A DNA stretch of 64,000 nt from Hormiphora californensis (Eukaryota; Animalia; Ctenophora): the NCBI GenBank assembly GCA_020137815.1, contig CM035356.1, forward strand, positions 3,348,001-3,412,000, written 5' to 3'. The notes under the pieces were generated by a model that was not told where the DNA came from, made no database searches, and worked only from the letters and a program-made list of their open reading frames with translations. This document shows, piece after piece, positions 12,452 to 25,094 of the stretch. The position numbers and the translations under genes are program-made. Each line of letters starts with the position of its first letter. Position 1 is the first letter of the stretch.

Positions 12452-15222
12452 TCATATGGTTGTTTCAGGTATCGGTTCCGTGTCAGGCTCCTTCATATCT
12501 GCGCTTCTGTTGCTGCTAGCACTGTGTGAAGAGAACGAGAGAGGGGTTATTGGGGTTGTTTTAGTTTTTTTAGTAAATCTTACAGAAAGAATGGAATTTT
12601 ATGGCCATGACATGCCGATGAAAATAAATTAATTGTGCGGCGTCCACATCGGCACTTCACATTGAGACTCACAACTCCGCACTTGTCCTGGTTGCGAAGT
12701 CACCCCCTATTAATATTGCTTGCCATGACACTCCGTACCAGTATCAGTCATAGAGTCTCCACTCTCCGTTCAGTACCTACCTGGATAAAATAGAGTCCCG
12801 ATCTGAACAGGACATCTCCATGAGAGGTTCTTTATCACTCATCCTCCTGGACATTTGTTCCACGTGTCGCTTCAGCCTCTCCAACTGCAAACGGAGTGAT
12901 TATTATATGTGTCATGATACCCATCCACATCATATCCCCACGCATATTCCCATCATATCCCCACCATATTCCCATCATATCCCCACCATGACCATATTAC
13001 AAGAACCTCCTTGGGCCTATAATTCACCCGATATATTTACATTCCCTGAGCCGTACTACTAATCACCAAACTCTCACCTCGAATTGTTTTTCCTGTAGAA
13101 GGCGTTCCTTTTCTGAGACCGGGCTGGCCAGGATGCTGAGACTAAGGTCGATGGAAGAGTTTAGGTCCAGGGACCTGAGGTGATCGGTCCTATAGTTCTC
13201 GTAGAGTGTGCTGTCTGTGTACTCGATCAGATCCTCTATACAACTTCTGAAGGTGATTAATAAATGTTTGAGTTTAATAAATTAGAATCAGAATAAGAGA
13301 CGAGAGAAAGAAAAAACAGTGAACTAATAAAAACAATAAACAGTTACACATGGATCACATCACAACTTGATAACACTAACTTACTTTAGAATGATGTCAT
13401 GAAGTGTAACATAGCATAGAGTACTTACTTTAGAATGATGTCATGGAGTGTAACATAATCGCAGTGTCCTTCATCGTGTACTTCAGCAAACCCCCACGGG
13501 TATTGCCTCCCAATCCTGATGTGGCCTTCTTCGTCGTAGATCTTTGTGTCACCTCCAATAACAGAGTACGGTGGGGGCGTCTAGGGAAAGGGAGAGAGAG
13601 GTAGTTAGGAGGGGTTTAGGAGGGGGTTAGCTTTGTGTCACCCCCGATAACAGAGTAGGGTGGGGGCGTCTAGAGAGAGACGGAGAGAGGGGTGGTTAGG
13701 AGGGGGTTAGCTTTGTGTCACACCCAATGGCAAATAACAGAATCGAATAATATTCGAATATAGGTCCCCTGAAAAACTTACAATATTATCTGGAAGGTCG
13801 AACATGTCTGGATTGAATAGGCTGATCCCATGATTCTCACAATCCTCCAATATCTGTGAGAAGAATAAATAACGGGAGAATTATAAAAACGCTGATGGCC
13901 GGATAATGATAGCACCAAAAATACTTAATTCCACAATAATCCCCACACAAAAATAGGGTTATTTTTCTATTCTACAATAATGCAATTCCCTGCACTTTCT
14001 CTCACTACACGGCACTTTCTCACACGTACTAACCTTCATTTTTAGTTTCTTGCACTCCTGAGTTGTCATGGTATCTACTTTAGCAATGACCGGTATAACG
14101 TTAACAAGTCTACACGAGTTCTTTAGAAACTCAATATCCACCGGCCGTAACCTGATAGAGAAACATGAATACAGTCGGACCCCGATTACCATGGGAGCTT
14201 ACCACGGGAGCTTATAGTGCTTACCACGGGAGCTTATTGACTCAATAATTGAAACTCCTAAACATTGACTAACCCGTAAGCGAAAGGAGAAAGGAAGTAG
14301 ATGCAACAGTGTATTCGATGGTCTGTAACTATCCTCCTTGCAATACTATTCTCCTCGCTCATGTATCGGTTTATCCGACCCTTGATCTCGTCCATGACTG
14401 GCTGCCAACTAGAGAGAGAGAGGGGGTGAGGGAGAGACATGGGGAGGGTCAGGAAGGGGTCATGGGGTTCTGTGGCTGCCAACTGTAAGGTAAAGGGCCA
14501 CCGCCATGGCCCCAGCCCCCAAGGGGGAGAGGTGAAAGATTTGTCTCATAAAATGCAACTTACCAGTCGGGGCCCATTGAGCTAGGTCCAAATCCGGGGG
14601 TTTCAATGAGAGACAGCACCAACTTGGACCGCTTGTGTTTCAGTAGCATCGTCTCAATCTGAGACTCCTTGCGACACGCGAACCCGCCCAATGAGGCCGA
14701 TTCTGTGGGGAGTGGGAAGGGGGTTAGTGAAGACTGAGGTGGGTAAGTGGTGAGGGCCAGGGGAAGTGAGAAGGGGGTAGAAAGGGAAGCTAACTAACTA
14801 GCAAATGTTAATTAATCTACTAATTTACTAATTTAATGAGGGTAAAATCATACCTTTGTTGTCAGTGGGGGAGCTCTTTGCTTTAGATATACGTTGGGTC
14901 TGGAGAAGCTGTTGAATTATCGTAGTCTTACCCAGCCTCGATTCACCTGGTGGGAGGAGAAAGAGAGAATGAATCACCCCTGAATCAGTGATCAAGATCA
15001 AAATAACACAGGGAACCAGCTCCAGATCCGATTCCTTGTTTAACTGGCCGTACAGCAAGGATTCGTCTCATATCTCACAATGATCGCTCTGAATGTGTTA
15101 CCTGCGAAGATGACATTGTATCGCTTGACGTGTCTCACACTCCTTTGTAACGAGTTGATAGATCCGAGTCTGAGCTGCTTCCTACACTCCATCAGGGTCT
15201 CACTTTCTAGGGTACTGATCTC
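12452..15222 (-). CDS. Divergent septin (P-loop GTPase); 5' end not determined
   Basis: Ten phase-consistent GT-AG exons: 15102-15222, 14854-14946, 14564-14702, 14274-14408, 14034-14151, 13782-13853, 13429-13580, 13078-13246, 12781-12884, 12452-12521. Motifs: NVIFAGESRLGKT, LIETPGFG, DHRIHCCIYFLSP, LRPVDIEF, NVIPVIAKVD, septin-unique GRQYPWG..HCDY, LYENYR, and a short coiled coil. Confidence 0.93.
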
Positions 15223-15234
15223 CTATAATGTAGG

Positions 15235-15984
15235 ATTTTATTATGCCTATAAGTTGTACCTGAAAACTTATAACACGAGACCGAAGGTCGAGTGTTATAA
15301 GTACAACAATAATGATCCGAGACCACAGGTCGAGGCAGATTCTTGTACTTTAGTGCACGAGCCTGCGAGTGCCACTAAGTGTAACTACCTCACGAGCCTG
15401 CGAGTGATGTAGTTTTACTTTTTGACCGAGCCTGCGAGGTCTAAAAGTGTAAGAATCTGGGACATTATTGTTGACGTCAGGTACAACGAAAATAGGCATA
15501 ATAAAATTGCATTGTAAAATTTTTAAAACAAGAGTGAGAGACAGTTTAGGGCGTAACAATAGAACGAATTCATGATAAGGTAGCAGGCAGAGATAAGATA
15601 ACGCCTGAGATCTATAGGTAAAGAGAGTGAGAGATTAGCGAGAGTGAGAGAGAGAGATAAAGAATGTGTGGGTCTGGGAGTTCGTGACTGTTATCTTGAT
15701 CTCGGTGTTGCAACGGCTTGAGAGTGTGACATAAAGAAAGAGAGAGAGGGAGTTCGTACACGCTTATCTTTCCAACGGTTTTGAAGTGTGACAGAAACAG
15801 TGGAGTAAGGACTTCTAAGTGCAGCAGTGTTATAAGTTTTCATGTATCACTGGGGGGTGTTATAAGTGAAAACTTATAACACTGGGGGGTGTTATAAGTG
15901 AAAACTTATAACACTGGGGGGTGTTATAAGTTGTACAAGCGGTGCTACCTAAAGAATTATATTATATCTCAAAATTTTACAATG
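15235..15984. mobile_element. Branched-palindrome non-autonomous element without an evident TSD (family A)
   Basis: Outer stem ATTTTATTATGCCTAT..GTTGTACCTGA / TCAGGTACAAC..ATAGGCATAATAAAAT encloses five arms tipped by CGAG..CGAG. CATTGTAAAATTTT (15510-15523) pairs with AAAATTTTACAATG (15971-15984). Tandem palindromes at 15848-15932. Confidence 0.65.
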
Positions 15985-16235
15985 GGTGTTACAGAGTGTT
16001 ACAGAGTGTCACAGAGTGTTACAACTGTATTACAATTATAGACCTCACTCTCTAGGGTACTGATCTCCTATAACATGGGGATTGGAGCTGTGTTACAGAG
16101 TGTTACAGAGTGTTACAATTATAGACCTCACTGATCTCCTATAACATGGGGATTGGAGCTGTATTAGTTACTATCGGTAGATAAGGGTACTTTTAACTTG
16201 GTATGGAAAATGTGGCCTACAAATTTCTAAACTTT

Positions 16236-16570
16236 CCCCCATAAAAAAGTCGCTTGGCAAATTCCCTCGTCGCTCGGCAATTGGTTCGGCAACAACAGGT
16301 GGTTTGCCGAGCCAGTCGCTCGGCTAATCAAGGAAGTCGCCGTGTTTTCACCGCGTTCTTACAGAAAAAGTACATTTTTTCAGCACTTTTTTTCAAAATC
16401 TCCTGCTGAAAAATACAAAGTGCTGAAAAAATGTGCTTTTTCTGTAAGAACGCGGTGAAATCACGGAGACTTCCTTGATTAGCCGAGCGACTGGCTCGGC
16501 AAACCACCTGTTGTTGCCGAACCAATTGCCGAGCGACGAGGGAATTTGCCAAGCGACTTTTTTATGGGGG
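16236..16570. mobile_element. Fold-back MITE (CCCCC...GGGGG termini, possible 3-bp TSD TTT)
   Basis: ~155-bp near-perfect inverted arms starting CCCCCATAAAAAAGTCGCTTGGCAAATTCCC; TTT at 16233-16235 and 16571-16573. Confidence 0.85.
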
Positions 16571-17334
16571 TTTTGATACTTTCTAAACAACAAATAAAAA
16601 ATGACGTCATGCTACGTGTCACAAATGAAATGTTGGAAGAAGCCATCCAATTGAATGGAACAACAACCCCGGGGCTCTTCGACGAAACTTTAAGCACACT
16701 TAAAAACGTTGCGTAACTCTCCTTTCACACATTCTAATTGATTTTCACACCCCTTAAGCATGGTTTGTGTCGACGAAACTTTTTAGAAATCTTGCTTAGT
16801 GAAAATTGAGGGGTAGTAAGTGAAGTTTTACACACGCTCTCCAAACCTTGCGTAACCCCCTAATCACGTGGTAAAATCACGTGATTTGGGCCAAATTGAA
16901 GCGACAATGACGTCATAGTTCACGCAATATCTCACTCAAATATCGAGTAAAGTGAGGTTTGTTAAGTCTCCTCCAGAGGAGACTTAATGGTAGACAAGAC
17001 AGCACTGGCAAGTAAAAGATGCATCAAAACAGTGTATATTTTGCTTCTCGCATATAGAAAAAGTTTAAAAAGATAAAATGGGACTCCTTGTCCCCCAGTT
17101 AGCTATCTCTACTCAACCACAATATTGAGGGACTATAGTTTGGGGTTTCCGCCAAGCCCATGCTACATACACCATCTGTATTAGACTCTCACAGATGTGG
17201 ATGAATTCAGTTGTTTTCCTTGATCCTTCTGGCAGGACAAGATGAACAGTGAACTTCTACGCTACTATACTTTCACTGTTTATCTCTTCATCTAGCAGCC
17301 TATCTATTCATCTCAACCGGCCTAAATAATATTA

Positions 17335-17790
17335 GGGGGGAGACACACTGAAGTTGGGCACGCTCGTTCAAATCTCAACCTCGCGACACACACTGAAGTT
17401 TGAAGTTCGAAGTTTCGCGAAAACCCATTTTCGGCTGAGAAATCATTTGTAAGAGGCTAATTTATTTACTGGTACATCTCTCGAGGTGTCCTTTATCCAT
17501 ACTGAGTCAACATGAAATTTCACCGTTTTGTGAAATTTTTGGCTAATTCGGTCACAGTTGTCCCAATTCACCAAACATTTTGAAAACGGTGAAATTGACT
17601 CGGTATAGATAAAAGACATCTCGAAAGATGTACCAGTAAATAAATGAGCATCTTACAAATGATTTCTCAGCCGAAAATGGGTTTTCTCGAAACTTCGAAC
17701 TTTTCCGCGAAACTTCGAACTTCGAACTTCAGTGTGTTTCACGCGGTTGAGAGTTGAACGCACGCGACCAACCTCAGTGTGTCTCCCCCC
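17335..17790. mobile_element. PIF/Harbinger (Tourist-like) MITE
   Basis: TTA TSD (17332-17334, 17791-17793); TIR GGGGGGAGACACACTGA; long diverged inverted arms. Confidence 0.88.
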
Positions 17791-17806
17791 TTACAAGTTA
17801 TGACTC

Positions 17807-17887
17807 ATTGTTCATTATGAAAAATCAACAAACTTATTCGCTCATAATATGAGCGAATAGGTTTGTTTATTTTTTATAATGAACAAT
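17807..17887. repeat. ~80-bp imperfect palindrome
   Basis: ATTGTTCATTAT..TATTCGCTCATA-A-TATGAGCGAATA..ATAATGAACAAT. Confidence 0.75.
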
Positions 17888-18613
17888 CAATATTGAATAT
17901 TATGTCTCTATTTGACCGCTATAACATTCATTGCCAGCTACTGTAAGAGTACACAGAGTTTTGAAGATTTGAAATTTCTTGAATCTTGAGAAATGGAAGT
18001 CAAACTTCTTCTTCACGCCCAATCTGGTGTGATATCTTGCTAACACTATTGGCTGGTGAACCCTACACGTGACCAAATTGACGCCTGTGTAAACCCATGT
18101 AATGGAAATCCTATCACGTGTCTAGTTTCGATCCCTTGATTGGTTGTCTACACCCATACACGAGGGGTGATCCGGGGCTTCACGTGGTATACACGTGGTT
18201 CACACCAAGGACCTAAAGTGAGGTTTTGGGAAGCGTTCGTCGACACCCCTCTCGGGACAAGTCTGAAAAATTTTCCTTGTGTAACTCTAAAGAGAGCTTA
18301 TTTGTTAAGTGTGCTTAAAGTTTCGTCGAAGAGCCCCGGGTCCGCAATATATTCAGGTGGAGAGAGAGATAACAAATATGAATGCTACCCAGCTCTCTCT
18401 CTCTGTCACCCACATATCACTTGACGGGGAGGGGCAGGGAGGTGTGATGTGTGTGGGAGTGCAGATAACTTGGGAGACAGAGATGCAGGCCACTGTCCAT
18501 ATTGGACAGCGCTTGAAAGCTAGGTGATAGCGAGAGAGACTTTGGTGAGAGAGTCTGTACCAAAAAAGGGGGAACAAGGGCTATGCGTCCGACACTGTCA
18601 GCGATACATGAGG

Positions 18614-19277
18614 CATAAACTCTGGCCACTGGCACGTTATTTCAGATACCTTTCTCCCAGCGCGCCGCTGGGAGAAGGTAGCTGTAGTTTATCCGCCACT
18701 GGCGGATAAACTGGTTTAAATCACGACGACGATCCTGAGGCGTAGCCGAGGGAGAGGCGGAGGGGTTTAAACCAATAACGTGCCATTGGTCAGAGTTTAT
18801 GGGTTATATACCCTGCTTTAGTTGTTTGTTTCAAGTATTACACACTAACAAGAGAGAGAACACTAATCAAAACACACAAAGAGAACTGAGAAACAGTCAA
18901 AAACATCTCTCAATTGAGTGTATATTGTTTGGTAACAGTTACTAAGGAGAGAGAGAAAGAAATAACAAGAAATGGGGCATGCCAGACATAACACAGAGGA
19001 ATTGAGATAGTGAAACAAAAGGGGAGATAAAGAGAGAGAAATTGACGGAATGTGTTGTTTCTTTCTCTCCAATGCAGTGTGTAACTCTTGCAAACAGTGT
19101 TCCCTCTGTATTTCAGTAAGAACTGATCATTTACACACACTTTGAATGTAAGATAGGAGTTAATAATAAACAGCCAGCCAGTGGGAAATAATCTGCCGCT
19201 GGACTGGCTGTATATTGAGAGCGCGCCAGTGGGACTTCTCGCCGCTGGCGGGTTATTTAAGTTAGCAGGGTATATAA
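18614..19277. mobile_element. Branched-palindrome non-autonomous element without an evident TSD (family B)
   Basis: Stem CATAAACTCTGGCCACTGGCACGTTATT / AATAACGTGCCATTGGTCAGAGTTTATG encloses three hairpins. TTATATACCCTGCT (18804-18817) pairs with AGCAGGGTATATAA (19264-19277). A second hairpin block lies at 19171-19252. Confidence 0.6.
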
Positions 19278-19949
19278 ATGAGTCAGGTTACAACTTGGAG
19301 TGATAGACAGAGAGAGGGAGAGAGGGAGAGAGAGGAGGGAGAGAGAGAAAGGGAGAGAGAGAGAGAGAGGAGGGAGAGAGAGAGAAAGGGAGAGAGAGAG
19401 AGAGAGTGAGAAAGAGAAAGAGGGTAGCTCAACAAATGTTACACAAGACTCTGCTACCAAACACGCCCTTTTATTTGCACCTGAGACACTGATATCATAA
19501 TCCTGTTACAATGTGTTACAATGTGTTAGATATAGAGTTACAGCTATATGCAATGTTATATACTGCATGAGCTGTCATGTGTAACAATATGATAAGACGC
19601 GTGATATAATGTGAATGATGTTTTATTCGACTGAACACGTAGTTATAGTTGTGTAATGAAAATGAATTCTGAGTATCAAGAGTTTTGCATGTTTCTAAAA
19701 ATAGAATGATAATGATTGAAATCATTGATAGAAAAACAGAGACCTAACTCGTTCCAAAAATGGGGAACGGAAAAAGATTTAAGAATTCCGACAATAGGAA
19801 GTAATACTTAATTCGAAAAGAGACTCAAAAAGTGAAATGAAAATTGTCTAAAAACTAAATAGTCTTTTTACTTAGCTAAAAATCTACTTTTTCTCCAAAA
19901 CGAAACAGCTGGGAAAAGTAGATAAAAGATACTGAATAATTATCCGGAG

Positions 19950-20121
<172 letters not shown>

Positions 20122-21007
20122 GAACTGTTGAAAGCTCCCTGCTTCTCACGCTCGTGGCAATGTAAAAAGCAACCTCACCCAACTCCCTACACATAACATA
20201 TGTCCACATTTTATACACTGACTAGGACAAGCTGCTATAATTTAGCTGGAGGAAATACAATGAAAGTGTCACAATGGATAGAGGGGTCGAAATAAAATGA
20301 CAACCCCCCCCCCCCAAATGAACAATGGTTGTATAAATTGACGACTCTAAAACAGCTGAACAGCCGATTGGTCATTCGAATTTATTCAAAGGGACAACGA
20401 AGTCCGGAAGGCGATTTGTGAAACCGAAGGGAAGCCGAAGAGGGATGAGCCTTGACACCTTGAGTAGGGAACTAAGGAACTTGTGAGTGGAGGACGGGGC
20501 GAATATAAAATTATGCATGCAAAAGTTCCCACCAGTTTGCACGGGCTGTCACAAAGCATACTGAGAGACATGCTGCAGTAAGTTCTTTCTCTCTCTCTCT
20601 CTCTCACCCTCTCTCTCTCTCAAATTTCACCTCGTGTTGCCTAATTTAAACCTTACCTCACCCACCCTTACCAGCTGCAACGTTCATTTAGGTTTAGAGA
20701 GAGAGGGAGAGAGATAGAGAAAGAGAGATAGAGAGAGAGAGAGAAACTGGGTTAAGAAAAACATGGGAAAGGGAAGTGGAGGGAGACGAAAAGGGTCTGG
20801 TAGTGATTTAAGAGAGAGAGAGAGAGAGAGGTGAAATGATTTCATGGTAGTTGAAGGAGACATAGGGCTCAACTGCAGCCAGCTATAATATCACTAATGC
20901 CACGGCAGACCAGACAGGGAACAAAATGCACAACACATTCTTCTCCAGATCACTGGGCAGATGCTGCAGTACAACAAACATAACTTAGTCATTCGGTATG
21001 TAGTAGT

Positions 21008-21109
<102 letters not shown>

Positions 21110-22722
21110 ACTTCTTTTGGTTTCCGGTTACTGATCACTAATGGGTCTTCTGCATGTCTCTCTCAATCTTGGGCATTTCTTCATGTATTTCTTTTGATCA
21201 TTTCCTAATCCTAGCTACCTTTCCTTCGCTCGTACACTCTAAGATTCTAACTGGAAATGCTTCAAATTTGTCCCCAACTTCCTTTCTCGATTATTCTACG
21301 AGCTGATTAGTACTCTCCTGTTTACAATCCCGTACCCGGCACGACTAAGTAGGTAAATGAATGGAGGGGAGAGAAAAGGTATGAAATTGTTGAACGCATT
21401 GAAAATTGAGTTAGAAATCGATAAGAAAAGAATATTAGGAACCTCTGCATTTTTATCGAGATTTAGGGCACTTTATAACCCGGGGTCTGTTTTTAATAAG
21501 GTGATAACACAGTTATATATGTAACGGAGAAAATGGAGAAAACAATGATAGATAAAGACAATGATAATGATACCAATTAGCCCATGAAAAAAATGTCCCA
21601 AACTTTGTGCCTAGCACAGCGTGGTACCTGCATCACAGAATGAAATGAACAAAAAAAACGTGAGAGTATAATATCATTCAGGTACTGACAAATCAACAGA
21701 AAATTCAGATGAAGCCAAAGATAAGAATAAATTATCAAGAATGAAAACTATGATCGACCACTAAAGTGACAGATGCATTTGATAAGGCATGCCTCGTGAA
21801 AATATACGTACCGGATACTTCATTTCGTATGATCGTTTATTGTTGTCCTTCATATCATACTGTTTAGCTTTAGTGAGAGAAATCAGTTGTCAATAAAATA
21901 AATATCTGGAAGCGTAAAACTGTACATAACGAGGCAAAACGGAGGAAGATATGTAACAATTTTACGATTTGTCTTGCTCGACCCTCTAAGGGTTTGAACA
22001 AAATAAGTGTAACAACGAGGAGCAAACGCTAAAAAACAACACAGTGGTGGGACTCCCACACTATAGTAGAGGTAAAGAGAGGGATACTTGTTGGTAGTGC
22101 GAGCCATTATAGCATTACCTCTTTATCCCATCGTCTTTGTCCTGTCTATCTCTCTCTTTCTATCTCTCTCTCTCTCTCTCTCGCTCTCTCTCTCCCTCTC
22201 GCTGCGCTAGAACGAAGTTAACCAGCGATAAAAACAAATTTCGGTATCCTACTAACATTAGTATCGTGCGGCCTGGTCGGCATAGTCATTGGTCAGCGAA
22301 GGATCACGAACGTCTAGCACCGTGGAATGAGAGACAGAAAGAGAGGGAGAGAGGGAGAGAGATAGACAGAAAGAGAGGGAGAGAGAGAGGGAGAGAGATA
22401 GTCAAGGAAGGAGAATCTTCAGAAACGGGAGTGCAAGATCAGATCAAGTTCTCAGAGTACATGTCTAGAATATTATACTGGCTATATGCTATACAAACTC
22501 AGTGAATTTAGCTAAAAATTAAAACAAAGCCGCCGTTTTATAACAACAAAGATTAAAGCCAGATGTAATTGCCCCATATCGATTGCAAATATTTCTCTAG
22601 GATAAACAAACGTGTTCCCTTAACCTTCCAATACACACACGCAATACTACAATTCATGGCACGAATCCATGTGCAATGTGCATTTTACTGTGCAGCAGAA
22701 AAGAGAGAGAGAAACGAGAAAA

Positions 22723-22753
<31 letters not shown>

Positions 22754-23330
22754 AAGAGAGAGAGACTCACTCAGTGAGAGCTAGCCCAGCAACGTAGTGC
22801 TACTGTCATCAGCATATAGACCTTGATATATATCCAGCTTTGTGCCGTGGGAACAGCCGGGTATAACAAAGAGATTCGCCCTTCAACTACCGACTCACAA
22901 CTTAGGTATTCTCATTCTCTCAAGCCAGTATAATAGGTCGTCTTCCAGACACATCACTCATGCAAACGAACAAACAAACAATTAGCGAGTAGGAGCGTTA
23001 ACGTCAGCAGTAGGTCCTCTAATTGAGGTCTCCCACGTCACGAGGTATTATATAGCGGTCTGATATAGGGGAATCATTGACAGGCCATATTAACTAGGCT
23101 CCTATATTCATTATTTACTAGGGTTTCATTACTAGGGTATATTCTGGAAAAGTGAGAACTAAAGAAGACCAAAAGGAGGGAGATGATAAATTAGGTCACT
23201 TTGGGCAAGAGAGATCTCCTAAAAATGCTCGGCACACCCAAAAAATATTCAAGTACGTCATTGCATCAGACATACCTCGAAATTATAATAACCGTCGCCT
23301 TATCTGCTGCAGACAGAAGAAATACAAGTA

Positions 23331-23411
23331 CAGTCGGACCCCGATTTACCGGGTAAAATGGCTTCCACCAAGGATCCCTCATCGGCATCCCGGTAAATCG
23401 GGGTCTGAATA
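23331..23411. mobile_element. Short Tc1/pogo-like MITE; a truncated left end also occurs at ~14171-14189
   Basis: TA|CAGTCGGACCCCGATTTACCGGG ... CCCGGTAAATCGGGGTCTGA; right end degenerate. Confidence 0.7.
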
Positions 23412-24499
23412 TTTTTAGGAACGCCTCCGTGAACCCGATAGTAAAGCGTACCTAACTATCCTATATTAACTTGGATTGGCCACTATCTGCCAGATAGTAT
23501 CAGTTCAGTTAAAAAGGGTACCTACCCCAAAAAAAGAAGAATATCACTCACACAATCCTAATGGTGCAGCGGTAGATAGAAGACGCTCTAGAACTTCAAC
23601 TGTAAGCTGCGAATTAGGTGGCATCTAGAGGACAGCCGGGGACAGACAGTCTGGCTTAATGGGATCGCACCCGTGCTCAAATAACTATCTCTCTCTGTCT
23701 CCCTCTTTTTTTCAGTAACTGTCTCTCTCTGTTTCATTTTTTTCTCTTCTCTGTTACTTAATGGACCGCGGCCTCTGTCTATATACAAACAGGGACCGCT
23801 GCTAGCTTATATGACCGCATATTGTGACAGATGCATATAACTCTCCCTCTCTCTCTCTCTCTCCCTCTCCCTGTCTCTCACTCCCTCTCTCTTTCTCTCT
23901 CTTACTCTCTCTCCCTCTCATTTCCTTTGAAGTCCGCTGAGTAAAACAACAACAAGGGGTTTCCAAGCACACAAATCCTAAAGACATGTCCGAAAATTGA
24001 GGTGTTAAACCAAGTATAATTTGTTAGAACTATGACATTAGGGCAATATTATGACCGTTTGGAAAAGCAAGGTACTGCTGCTAACGACGCTAGTAGATAT
24101 CTGTAATCCAGAAATGATCAAGAATTATAATAATCGAGGATACCTATCAATGATATCAAAAAATGGCTACCGGCCAGTCTCAATCAAAGTATGGCCTTAA
24201 GCTTTCGGCCACAGGCAGGATTATAATTGTGCTGTCAGAAGAAAGGTTGAAGTGCTTGTGATAGGTAGTTGGAAAGGAGAGAGAAAAAGAGGGGGAGAGA
24301 GGGGGAGAGAGAGAAAGAGAGAGAGAGGGGGGGAGAGAGTTAGAAAAACATGCATACAATTGCTAATAAATTAATTCTCTATTGGTATGTCGCCCTGAAA
24401 TTACTATTGAGTTCTGGAATGCTTCAGAACTGGGGACAAACCATGGAGCACAAATATATTTATTGGGCGGGGGCCATTTCAGTTCATTCTCCTTATATA

Positions 24500-24532
<33 letters not shown>

Positions 24533-24533
24533 T

Positions 24534-24598
<65 letters not shown>

Positions 24599-25094
24599 AT
24601 CTCTCTCTCCCGCTCTCATCAGAAGAGACGGAAGGAATTCAGGACATCGACAGTAACTCCCCGCAAACTCAGTTTGGGGTCAAGATCCCCCTCTCTTTTG
24701 CGATGAATGCAGGACATAATTCGACAGCAGTACCATGGAAACATCATGAAGCGAGATCAGGAGGGAGACTATTTCTTGTTCAACCCTCTCTCTCTCCGCG
24801 CCCCGCAACAGCGAAGGATAAAATTAAAAAGTATCATGAACATGAGACAATATGACTCATTTCTAAGGAGTGGCAGACATGTAACTGCAATTAGCATAAT
24901 GTTAACTGCAATTAGTATTATCTTGGCAGGGTGTTGTTGGAAGGAAACGCACTGAACAAGCTTTTACACGAATTAACATTAACCTATACCAACGTACTAA
25001 CATCGTTCACCAACTACCTATCCAATGCCTTTCAGCTCCTGTCAATTCTCTCTTATATTCAGTCAAGCAATGCAGGCAATAATTCTCCATGGAG

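Larger units (their letters stand above)
16668..18340. mobile_element. Inverted pair of related ends enclosing ~1.67 kb, with a nested MITE
   Basis: CCCGGGGCTCTTCGACGAAACTTTAAGCACACTTAA at 16668-16703 is the reverse complement of 18305-18340. GTGTCGACGAA and CACGTG motifs are also mirrored further in. No TSD seen. Confidence 0.55.

Noticed and set aside
15354-15440. CRISPR-like array (CGAGCCTGCGAG repeated three times with ~20-nt spacers)
   Set aside because: The repeats are hairpin tips and the spacers are complementary stems; eukaryotic context with no cas genes
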